A stretch of DNA of 43,292 nt, the filler included, from Polymyxa betae A26-41 (lineage: Eukaryota; Protista; Endomyxa: Phytomyxea), in NCBI GenBank assembly GCA_003693705.1. It is 2 parts of 2 records of this genome, joined end to end, with 100 filler letters (N's around TTAATTAATTAA, not from the genome) between each part and the next. Parts side by side here need not be neighbours in the genome. Positions count along the whole stretch, not along the records: positions 21,016 to 43,292 come from RBZT01000314.1; 1 more part is not named here. One strand, written 5' to 3'. Within the stretch, counting starts at the first letter, position 1. The number at the start of each line of letters is the position of its first letter. The position numbers were made by a program, and so were the translations under genes. A model generated the notes under the pieces. That model did not search any database, was not told the DNA's origin, and saw only the letters and a program-made list of their open reading frames with translations. This document shows, piece after piece, positions 23,912 through 34,464 of the stretch.

Positions 23912-24830
23912 TCAAGTCTTGGTTGGCTTCGCAACAATTCTCGCGGCGAAATTGACAGCTTGGGAATCGGGCCGTGTACTGTTCGCGATATAAGCCACAC
24001 TCCCAACAACCTCCAGGTAATGGAAGTCGCAATCGTCCGTGCTGTCGCTGTCGGCTGCTGGATGTTCTTTTAAAGAAGGAGTCTTGACGGGATTCGCGTT
24101 CTGCATTCGGTATCGTTCCAAAACTCGAGTTATGTATGAGCCGTGCGTCACGAAAACGGCTCCGTCGCGGTTTTTGCTAATCTGTCAGCCTAGGATGTGT
24201 TGGCTTTTTCCCAATATCTTCATGCGGAAACGTTCAGAGAGGCCTTTCTCAATGTCGTGCATCAGGTCTAAGCTTTGCGAAGCAAATGTGATGTCTTCAG
24301 CGTAGATGGCGAGGACGATTGGCGTGCGGCCGCTTTGACGAAAAGGCAGCAATCGGCTGGCGATTTGCTTAATTCAGGTCAGTTAACAATGCCGTGATGT
24401 GATTGTACCATGCTAAGCCCGCTTGTTTCAGACCGTAGACTGCCTTATTGTGGCGACAAACAAGTGGCTCTCCCTGGCTGTCAGCTGCCTCAAATACTTT
24501 GGGCTGTGAAACGAAGAGCCCGACGTCGATCGTATCGACATCCATATGTCTCACTTGCCAATCTTCTGCAAACAGGCTAATCAAAGTCCTTATCGTCGTC
24601 AGGCTGGCCACTGGCGAGAATGTTTCGTTATAATCAACATCGTGACGCTATGAGAAACCTTGCGCTACTAATCGAACCTTCTATCGGTCACCAGTCCCGT
24701 CGGTCTTGGTCTTCGCCTTGAGCACTCATTTGGTCTTAATCGCTTTTCGTCCTGCCGGCAGTCGACACATCGTCCATGTCTCGTTTCGTATGAGTGAACC
24801 ATATTCCGAAATCTCCGATTTTTTTGAGGA
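23912..24830 (-). mobile_element. Ty1/copia reverse transcriptase pseudogene
   Basis: EYGSLIRNETWTMCRLPAGRKAIKTK*V..KVRLVAQGFS..VDYNETFSPVA; HMDVDT; KAVYGLKQAGLAWY; IYAEDI (degenerate YVDD); YITRVLERY..NPVKTP; YLEVVGSVAYIANSTRPD. Confidence 0.92.
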
Positions 24831-25287
24831 ACAAATCCATGGCTTTATAATGGGATTGATATTTCTTGATAGAGTTGATCGCCAATGGACGGGTCTTGAA
24901 GAGAGATGCGGCCTCGGGAGACCACTCCAACTACAAACGTGCCAAGACCATGTCCAGCTGCTCGGAGACATAACACTCCTGCTCCTCAAATAACGAATCC
25001 ATTGTCCGGGATGTTGATACGCGAGCACGTCGAATCTCCTCCTTAAACGGCACAGAGGCCGATCCAGCAGCAGCTTGAGACAGAGAGGGGTCTTCATTCC
25101 ACAGGTTCAATAGGGCTCTACTGGGGCTCAACAACCATTTCTTTATATTTCCATACCGAACGACGGTAATATTCCCTCTTATTGCCTCAGGGTTAACGAT
25201 CAGGGGGACGACCGCATTAATGAGAGGTATCAGGGTAGGGAGTAGCGGCGCCGGGGGTACGGTTAATGCTTCATCGCTCGCCTCCAT
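24812..25287 (-). mobile_element. 5' fragment of a transposon ORF, possibly a tyrosine-recombinase (Crypton-like) N-terminal region
   Basis: ATG 25287 ORF with one stop, ending RPLAINSIKKYQSHYKAMDLFLKKIGDF. This is reminiscent of the (S/T)xxxY..h...l..F core-binding helix of YR integrases. Abuts the copia RT. Confidence 0.3.
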
Positions 25288-25529
25288 GTTGGGGACTTTG
25301 GTGTGAAGTGAGCACAGTGACAGCCAGAATGACTGAATTATGGCGGCCAGAGCAAATTTATATAAGGGATTTTATATTAGGCCAGGGGTCATATATTACC
25401 TCGCCACTGAGGCCGACACTGTGCTGACTCCGTCCCAGTGGAACGTCGCCTGACTGGTGTTGTCAAAGTTGCGCTTTCACAATGAAATGTTGCCAGGGCT
25501 GCGTTCTGTCAGTGGCGGGCCTTCACAAG

Positions 25530-25990
25530 GCGCAGCCCACAGGCGCATTGCTCTTCAGATAAATGATGCCAGCAGGTTGAATTCTGCTCACAAACTTTAT
25601 ATGCAGCACTCACGCCCGGAGCCATCCAGTTGACGAGATCGGGAAAAGATGCATCAGCATTGGCCCCTTATGCCACCGGAGATTGGCATTTCCGCTGCAG
25701 CATGATTAGTTACTGAGACAATAGCAGGGTCGTCCACTTCAACCCTTTATAAATTTCATTGCAATGTCCGATCGTATCAGACCTTAGTAGATTCGCAATT
25801 TCTTACTGCAGGAAATGCGCGCTGCTTAATAATTTGGATGCTAAATCCTCGTGATCATTCAAAAATTGCCGAAGGGCTTCCAGATGTCGTGTCATTTGTC
25901 TTGGACAAGGTAAATGAGTAGCGAAAACGTCGACCGAGTTCGGAGTGTAATGTCTCTTCCTAGGGCACGTTAGACATCTCTGTAATGACT
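25530..25990 (-). mobile_element. Diverged copy of the copia gag 3' region at 29330-30040
   Basis: Shared blocks: cagataaatgatgccagcagg, gcatcagcat..gccac(c/t)ggagattgg, aattgccgaagggcttcca, cgtcgaccgagttc, gcacgttagacatctctg. Confidence 0.75.
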
Positions 25991-26847
25991 TAAAGGCCCG
26001 TTTGGATGCCGCCGGAAACTTCAGTTGGTTGGTGAAGGAATTCCGATTGACAGTCGTAGCGGAATTTTCCCGCGCGCTGCTCCTTTCGAACACCTTCTGT
26101 GGGCGCGTTTGGATCCCGAGTCGGCGAAACTTAAGATGTCCAGAGACGAGATTCTGTAGCTTGGGTGGTACTGTTTAAGTAGGCCCTGGACTAAAAGCTG
26201 TGGAGGTATTGTACCTTTCGGTCAATTAGTTGCTGTGAAGTCCAGGCGCAGTTTCCTACAAAAGCTGCTGCTGCTTCATAGTCAACGTCGCAATTAATGC
26301 ATTGCCTGCTCTGTTAGAATTGAACAAGAAGCTTTCTAAAAAAACTCCAAAGCATTACTTGGGCGTCTCGGGCGAGGACTGGGTGAATCATTTTCAAGAG
26401 CCACAGACAAATCGCCATTTCAGCAACAGAGGGCTTCAATTCTGTCATTTTCAACTAAAGCGATTAGTCATTTCCAACTATAGAGATAAAAATAGCAATA
26501 TTCCCACGCACGTTACTTACTCCGGCGATTTTGGTGACATCCAAACGGCAGAGCGAAGCCAAACTGCGAGCCAAGGACTTTTCGGCTCAGAAATTATCCA
26601 CAATGCCGAAGTTAACATCTGAACGCGCACATTTTGTTTGGTTGAATAAACACAAAAACCGAGCTTTTGGATTTCCAGCCAAACATTAAGCCACGGGCTT
26701 AGCCGCAGAAAATGATTGAGCGTTGCGCCTTGCTCATCAGTCATCATGTCGATGTCATCATTTTCACGGGTCTAGCTAAAATCTCCTAATCGCGAAGCGC
26801 AGAAATTATAAAACTGCGTGAATGAATCTGCGATCGCTAAATGGCCT

Positions 26848-26970
26848 GCTTAAAGGGTTTTTTAAGGGCTTTTGTTAGGGGCTTTTTTTAGGGCTTCTGT
26901 AGTTTTGTTAGGGGCTTTTTTAGGGGGCTTTTTAAGGGGCTTATTTTTAGGTGCTTTTTTTTAGGGAATT
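26848..26970 (+). repeat. Degenerate T(4-8)AGGG(G)C tract, telomere-like
   Basis: About 9 imperfect units such as tttttttagggc, ttttgttaggggc, ttttttttaggg. Confidence 0.6.
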
Positions 26971-27395
26971 TGTATTGTATGCCACCTACCGAAAACAAAT
27001 TTCACATCAGCGGCAACTTGGCTTTATTATGGGCAGACTATACTGTTGTCTGTGACGGGCTGTTCGAGTTGCATTGAGGTGAATCTTTTTTCAAAGGATT
27101 GAATCCCTGACGTCCCGACGACTGCGCTCAGCTCTGGAGATAGCTTGACGCCATTTTCACTAGAATTGCAAAATGGTCGAGGGAAAATCGTGGACTGCTG
27201 GGGAAAGCATGACTCTTGCCCGGTCTGTTGTTTACATTAGTCATGAACCGCAGACAGGGACCTCTTATTCTGCTGAGCAGTATTGGACAGCAGTTTGTGC
27301 TCAATTTCAACCGTAGCTCGATCCATGCGAGGGACATTCATTTTTGGAGCAACCTAAAACACTGCGCACACGTAGTTTGTGGTGTTTTAGGTGCG

Positions 27396-28118
27396 TCATC
27401 AAAGCAAATATGCGTTGCCTTCTTCTACAATTGCAAGAACTTTTCGAAAAAAACTTTCAGTTAAATAAATCATTCAAGGTTCTTATATTCTATAATGATT
27501 CCTCTAATGAGATATGACAAGTCCATGGATCATGACTTTCTATGAAAGGACATATTTCGAGGTCAGTTTGTGTAGGTAAGGGGTTCACTCTGTGGTATAT
27601 GCAAAAACGAAGGTGTTACAAGGAGAGGCTACATTATTAACATTATGGAAAGGTAATGGGCAACCTCGTGCTGTTGAAGTTTTTATCAGTGACAAGCGAA
27701 AGAACATGAAGAACCTCTTGATATAAAGAATTATCTACTCACCTTAAAAGTAGAACAATGGTATATATGTACCTTCTATGAATGTGATGGTGATACTACA
27801 CCACAACAGAAAAGACTTGTCATAAGGCATTAATTAGAGAAGAATTGGGATGACGAATTAAAGGGGAGAGAGTGAATAAGATGGATAGTGATGATGCATA
27901 TAGTGAGAGCAAACAAGAACAAGATCCTCCTATTATTGAAATCCCAGTAAAAGTAATTAACTGAATCATTACTTAATATACTTGTATTCAAATTTAGAAC
28001 AATCAATTTCATTTACCTTCAATAGTCAGCAAATAGAGAAGTCTTCTGATCTATTGAGAACGTTACCAATGATGATGAACTGGGCTCGCAAGCGCCAATT
28101 GTGCATCGCCTTGTGGCA
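27396..28118 (+). repeat. Dispersed repeat copy A (~700 bp), direct repeat with 30919-31582
   Basis: Colinear homology by eye, ending in the shared gatgatgaactgggctcgcaagcgccaattgtgcat(c/t)gccttgtggca. Confidence 0.85.
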
Positions 28119-28148
28119 ACTCGCTCTGTTTATTGTTTAATCGCACGC

Positions 28149-28303
28149 GAATTCGAAAGCTGACTGAAGGCTGCGTTTCTGAAAATATCTTTACTCTGCA
28201 GCCAGTTAACAGCCAGTTATATAGTTGGCTTATTGAATGTTTGTGGATTCAGGAATAAAAGCTCAGTTCGTTGTAGTGTTGTTATATAGTGTACCTATCT
28301 TAA
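28149..28303 (+). mobile_element. Solo/partial copia LTR, inverted copy of the LTR at 30550-30908
   Basis: ctgactgaaggctgcgt...atatctttactctgcagccagt...tagttggcttattgaatgtttgtgga...tagtgttgttatatagtgta matches the reverse complement of 30565-30900 minus the MITE. Contains AATAAA. Confidence 0.8.
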
Positions 28304-28329
28304 TCGACTATGCTTCGACCCGAAATGAG

Positions 28330-29125
28330 TTTTTTACAGTGGTTGCATAGGATGATTCATTTCAATACAGTTGTCCTCGGGTCTCTGTTCGAGGTAAGTT
28401 TTCTACCCTTTTCTGCATCGAGAAGTCTATTTGTGAGATCATCAATCGTAACTGTCTCTAGTTACTCAAACCGTTGCGCTACATAGAGTTGGTGAGAGCG
28501 CTGTCTAGCATTGTAGCAAGAGAACAACTTTGAAACGAGCTCTTTTTCCGGTTGACGTTTTCTTCTAAGCCTGTCTTCTTCCCGTAGAATTCTGAGAACA
28601 TTTCGGCTGCAGAATAATCTGAAGATTTTCCAGCGATACAATTCTAATGTGTTCCTACATTGTGTTGCAGATCTGTTTCTTCAAAGCTTCGTCTTGATAG
28701 ACAACGCTGAGTCTGTGCAGAAGATATCCTCTAGCAATTTTAACTTCCCTTTCAATTTGTTCCGCTGGATCTGATACTAAATATTCGTCGAGGCCTTTAG
28801 CTTCGAATGCTAACTTGGCTTGTCGTCCCAGTTCACGAAATCACCTACTCCGGTTGGGAATCTTGGAGAGTAACTTTTCAGCTCCTACCATCTTGACAGA
28901 TCACTGGGCTCATAACCAACTGAAGATGGCAAGCGAGTTTATATATATCGTTCTCTTTAAAAGATATCAACTGTAAAAGACTGGTCTGGAAGCTAAATTG
29001 GTATTTAACTGAAAGCATTTATCACTAATCAAAACTTTCCTTGTCTCCACATAGTAATCCAGAACGACCTCTCATCTTCTCATGATCGAAATATTAAACA
29101 AATATAAAATGTAACAGGCAATAAG
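28330..29125 (-). mobile_element. Second copia 5' end: LTR end (..TCTTCA), PBS at 28904-28917, degenerate gag from ATG 28891
   Basis: PBS GGTTATGAGCCCAG; gag-like QAKLAFEAKGLDEYL with stops. Left and right limits approximate. Confidence 0.65.
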
Positions 29126-29249
29126 TTGAAACCCAATCGTTGTAAGGTTCGACTTTTAGGAGCTCCCCATCGATTCATAAGACTTTCTATCAACCGACAC
29201 TTGTGGGACGACGAACATATATATGTGCTCTGCCGACACCGGTACCAGT

Positions 29250-30908
29250 CATTCGAAGAACCAAAGCCACTTCAGAATTGCGGCAACCCATGGCAAAACA
29301 TGCCACTGTTGGTTTGTGATTGAATGTGCTTGCTCATCAGATAAATGATGCCAGCAGGTCGAGTTCTGCCCACCAACCTGATTTTGAGCACTCACGCCTG
29401 GAGCACCATGAGCTGAAGCAATCATCCAGTTAATGAAATTGGTAAAAGAAGCATCAGCATCGGCTCCTTGTGCCACTGGAGATTGGGGCATTCCAGCGCG
29501 GCATGAATTGCTGCACGATTAGTTACTTGCGCCACAATCGCAGGATCGTCTTGTGTCAACATTGTGAAATCGTATCAGAAGTTAGTAGATTGGCAGTTTC
29601 CTTTATACTGCAGGTAATATTGCTTGATAATTTGAACGCTCCATAATTCGGGATCGTTCAGGAATTGCCGAAGGGCTTCCAAACGTTATATCTTTTGTCT
29701 TGGACAGGGTAAATGAATAGCTCGGAGACGTCGACCGAGTTCAACATGTGATAGCTCTTCCAAACGCACGTTAGACATCTCTGCATGGTAAATGACTTAA
29801 GGAGACAGCCACAATCGCAGGATCGTATTGTGTCAACCCTTTGAGTAACATTGCTTGATAATTTGAACGCTCCATCTTCGGGATCGTTCAGGAATTGCCG
29901 AAGGGCTTCCAAACATCATATCAAAAAAAACATCATACCTTTTGTCTTGGACAGGGTAAATGAAAAATAGCTCAGAGGCGTCGACCGAGTTCGGAATGTG
30001 ATAGCTCTTCCAAAGGCACGTTAGACATCTCTGCACGATTTGGTACTGATGATTACAGCCTACGAGAACAGCAGCGACGAGCTCATACTTTGAGACTGCA
30101 TGGTCGCCATCTTGTAAATACTCCATGATTACTCGCTTTTCAAAGATGTAAAGTGTTATCTTTTGGCCAGGTCTACGCATAGTCGACCAGAGCTTTGCTT
30201 TCATCGTGGCAGCCGTCAAATTAGTAACTTTTGCTAAAGCTTTGTTGAGCTTTGCCCACATAACACTAGAGAATGTATAAATTCTGAATTGTGCCCATAT
30301 TGATTCTTCCATGGTAGCTAACAGAACAGCTGCAAGCTGTTCTTGTAGCTTCTTGCGATCCGTCAGCGATTGCGTTGTTACCCCTTCTTCTCTGATATCA
30401 TCTTCCAGGTGATTATATACGCGAAACATTTACCTAGATTTAACTTTGGACGTCCATGTCGTAAAATTGGATTCTCTTTTAGTTTTGGTTGAATAAAAGG
30501 TATGATATTTGAAGGATCAATATTTGGTAGTGCTGAGCCCATCACCAGTTGAAGATTGTTACTTCTTAAGATAAATACACTATATAACAACACTAAAACG
30601 AAATGAGCTTTTTTCTTGATTCCACAAACATTATAGGGGGTATCAAACAGGCGCTTTCCGTAGCTTTTAACGTCTGCTTTTAAAGGGTCTTAATTAAGAA
30701 GCGCTTTAAAAATTTTAAAGCATCTCCCGAGGTGCTTTTGAGATTTAGAAGCGCTTTTAAACCGATGCCACGGTCAATTTTAAAAGCGCTTTTAAAATTC
30801 TCCGGAACTCCAACTTTGATACCCCCTATTCAATAAGCCAACTATCACTGGCTGCAGAGTAAAGATATCTTCAGACACGCAGCCTTCAGTCAGTTTTCCA
30901 ATTCTAAA
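29250..30908 (-). mobile_element. Ty1/copia 5' part: LTR 30550-30908, PBS 30533-30546, gag (UBN2-like) ~29833-30500 with internal ~230-bp tandem duplication
   Basis: LTR ends ..ATCTTCA-act-GGTGATGGGCTCAG. ORF has AAVLLATMEESIWAQF..SSVMWAKL..KAKLW..PGQKITLYI..ELVAAVLVGC..YQIV (gag pattern). 29610-29790 is duplicated at 29850-30040. Confidence 0.8.
30636..30826. mobile_element. MITE, 191 bp, TIR GGGGGTATCAAA, inserted into a copia LTR
   Basis: ta|GGGGGTATCAAA ... TTTGATACCCCC|ta with internal AAGCGCTTTTAAA repeats. Absent from the sister LTR at ~28230. Confidence 0.9.
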
Positions 30909-30918
30909 GGAGACAAGC

Positions 30919-31582
30919 CATCAGATCAGAACATGAGTTGCCTTCTTTTATAATTTGAAGAGTTTCTTTCTGTTAAGTAAGTCATACAAGATTCTTTTTT
31001 TTATTCCTGTAAGGAAATATGAAAAGTCCCTGAAAGATGACTTTTCTTACTGGGTCTGTTTGTTTAGGTAAGGGTTCACGCTGTGGAAATTGCAAATAAA
31101 GGTGATAGATGGTGGATTCCAAGGAGAGGTTACACTATCAACATCATGGAAACTTAATGGACAACCTCGTGATGTTGAAGTATTTATCAGTAATAAGCGA
31201 ATTAACATGAAGAACATCTTGAATATAAAGAAATATGTACTCACCTTGTAGAACAATGGTATCTATGTACCTTCAATAAATGTAACGATAACACTACCGC
31301 AAAACAGAACAGACTTGTCATAAGACATCAACTAGAAGAATTGGTTGGGAGAGAATGAATAAGATGGATAGTGATGATGCATATAGTGAGAATAAACAAG
31401 AACAAGATCCTCCTATTATTTGTCAAAGTAAATGAATCATTACTAATATATTCAAATTTAGGACAATCAATTTCATTTACTTTCAATAGTCAGCAAGTAG
31501 AGAAGCCTACTGATTTATAAAAAACGTGACCAGTGATGATGAACTGGGCTCGCAAGCGCCAATTGTGCATTGCCTTGTGGCA
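30919..31582 (+). repeat. Dispersed repeat copy B (see 27396-28118)
   Basis: Colinear homology; the left end is cut off by the copia LTR. Confidence 0.85.
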
Positions 31583-32700
31583 GCTCCAGTATTAGGCCCA
31601 AAAATCCCTCACCTTTAGGGCACAGATTGCCCTCTTACCAACGATGTCGCCCTGCGCGACCATCTTGCTGTCAGCAACGACGCGTATTTGAAGCAATGAT
31701 GACGCCTCCAATCAAGACGCTGTCGCAAACACAATGATGCCGATGCAATCGATGCCAGCAAAAAAATTTTCGTTTGAAATTTGGCAATATCTTTTTTTGT
31801 TGAGCGACATATTAAGTGTTTTGGATCTGACGGAAAAGGGAAAATTTCGTGTCGTTGTTGCTGGTTCTAATCCAGTCGAAAGACTTGTCCCTGTTCAAGA
31901 GAATACAAAACTTCCATTATCTTATTGAGAGTGTGCTCCCATTGCTGTCAGAGGACTGTCTTTTATTGGGCGTATACTGCTCGAAGAAAAATAGACTGGT
32001 GTTGAAGTTGATTTAAATTGTTCCATCGAACCTGGATAGCACAGGTTTATTAAATCAATGTTAACCTCTGAACATATGGGAAACGTGGAAGGACATGGAA
32101 TGAAAGAGCACGGGAAGAGATGATGGGGAGGGAATGGAGATCGGAGGAAAAGGAATAGAACAGACTGGATCAGTCCCGGAACAGATCATGGAGATGGTAT
32201 AGAAAAAGAGTATGGATGGAGCAATCTAAGCAAGTTTATTACAATAATATATATTTTTACTGGACAAGTGCTACAGAATCATGGTTGCCAATAGAAGCGA
32301 TACCATTGTTTACGATGGAAAAAATTATCGCTGACTATAGGACAATGTCACAGAAACACAATACAACAGGATACCTAGCTGGCCGTCCACAAAACTGTTT
32401 TGCAAACAGATTTGCTGTATCGGACCGTGTTCAAGGACGTCGCCAACTCCCAACGTACATTCCAACTGAACTGTCGCATATCGATATAAACTATGAAACT
32501 AGGTATTCGATTTGCGAATCGGTTTAATCAGCCATGAATGATACTGCATAATTACGAAGTTCCCATGACTTAAGTTGAATATAGGTATGCAAAAATCAGG
32601 TAACCGATTATAGACGAAGCATGCTTGTAGTGAACATGGTGGTACTCACAATAGTATTGGATGTGTATTAGTATGTATTACATCCAGTGCAATAAGGTTC

Positions 32701-33865
32701 TCAAAGAAAAAGGAGAGTAAACATGGACATCAAAGCGATGACGAAGCTGGGAGCGGAAATCGACAATCCTGATGACGTCGGTGCTGGAGTCGGCGCCGTA
32801 CCGGTCGGAGCTGGCGTTGGTGCCACTGCTGGAGTGGGAGCTGGAGTTGGAGCAGGAGTTGGGGCTGGTGTCGGTGCTGGGGTAGGAGCTACCAGGACCT
32901 GGGTCCAGTACTCGAGATCACAGCAGGCCACTTTACTTCCAGCAGCTTCGTGAATAACGATCGATTTCGACACATTCATGTTCGAAAGACGAGGAGAGTT
33001 GGGCATCAGGTCGTAAACCGTATAGACGGGTGGTGAAGTGATCGTCGTCGACAAGTTAAACCAGAGCTCATTGGTTTGAATGGCGCCGCTGATGGAAGTA
33101 TTCGCCTTGACGTGACCGCCAGCTCCCGCAGAGCAGTTAGCATTGTGGACATGTGCATAGAAAGGTGTTCCGGGATTGTAGGTCTTGTTGTTGTAGTAGA
33201 TGGCAGCAACCAGGTGACCAGTTGTTGTGGTCGCCAATTGTTGAATATAGCTCCAGTCTTTTCGAATGACTGTGTAATTCGCGTTGAGAGAAATCCATTC
33301 GTGCAAGCATTTCCAGCGGACGAGAAGGTTGCTGGCAGTTGAAGGAGCTGCAGTCGTAGGGGCGCTTGAGGCTGTAGCCTTCGAGGTAGACATTTTACCG
33401 GTAGTAGTCTTTTTGGTTGTTTGGGCTTTCACAGTTGTAGGCTTCTTCGTTGTGGCCTTCTTAACAGTGGTAGGCTTTTTGGTTGTAGCTTTCTTAGTAG
33501 TAAGCTTCTTAGTGGTAGCCTTCTTTGTAGTGGGTTCCTTAGTAGTAGCCTTCTTTGTAGTGGGCTTCTTTGTCGTAGCCTTCTTTGTAGTGGGCTTCTT
33601 TGTCGTAGCCTTCTTTGTAGTGGGCTTCTTTGTCGTAGCCTTCTTTGTAGTGGGCTTCTTTGTCGTAACCATCTTTGTCGTTGGTTTTTTCGTGGTTGCT
33701 GCCTTAGTCGTCGCTTTCTTCGTGGTCGCCTTCATTGTGGTTGCAGCATCGGTTTGATAGGCGATCGCAATGATTGCTATCAAAGCTGCATAACAATCAG
33801 TCCTGTAAGTGTGGACAACATCAGCCAAGCTCACCAATCAGCATTATCAACTTGGTCCACTTCAT
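32701..33865 (-). CDS. Secreted, probably GPI-anchored mucin-like protein with TTKK repeats and a Cu-only-type SOD-like domain
   Basis: ATG 33865 MKWTKLIMLI|ALIAIIAIAYQTDA (49-nt intron 33786-33834); ~20 TTKK[A/P]-type units; AHVH..C..GGH..NELW..SIVIHE..SKVACC; (APTP)n stalk; SSG plus hydrophobic C-terminus PSFVIALMSMFTLLFL*. Confidence 0.85.
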
Positions 33866-34464
33866 CGTGCTTGTCGACAATTGATTATGTCAGCAACCTT
33901 CAATCGACAAAATGAGCAAGCAATGGGATCATGTGCCGGGAATGGGAACATGGACGTGCTGCTCCACACAGATGAGTAAAGGCGTTTGCAGTCACTGTGT
34001 TCTTATCAACCATTCCCAGAAATTTCTGTGACGTCGACCTCCAGACCCTCATTTCCATCTACGTTGACGAGTTTTCGCTTAAAACCCTTGGTTATGCTTG
34101 TCGGCGAGCTGACAAAAAGCATGTTAACATCAATCCTATCTGAATGGTAAACGATAATAAAGAGCTGTGTATTGTTAACGACAGTAACATTGTACAAAAC
34201 CATTAGAGTGATGGCCAGCGAAATAACAGCAAACAGACGTAAGCTGTCAAGACTTGCTTACAGAAAGGAACTGCCAGAGACAGGTTCGCTTTGATGGAGG
34301 CGAAAGAAATCTGGACCCTATCACAAATGTGCGTAAGCTCGGTCTGCTAAGTTAAAAGCGATACGGTTGGAGGCATCCCGGATCCACCTTTGTTTCTAAT
34401 CAATATCGTGCTCTACTGCTGCTGCTGTCGTTCATCTCTGCTCTGTTCGAAATTAGCGATAATA

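Noticed and set aside
26000-27400. Possible hAT transposase / BED-finger remnant on the minus strand
   Set aside because: Only a CxxC and vague similarity; no convincing catalytic or dimerisation motif could be read.
32723-33915. Plus-strand ORFs (VVGFFVVAFF.., GVGAGVGA.., LLCSGLLC..) that look like membrane or elastin-like proteins
   Set aside because: Antisense translations of the TTKK and APTP repeats.
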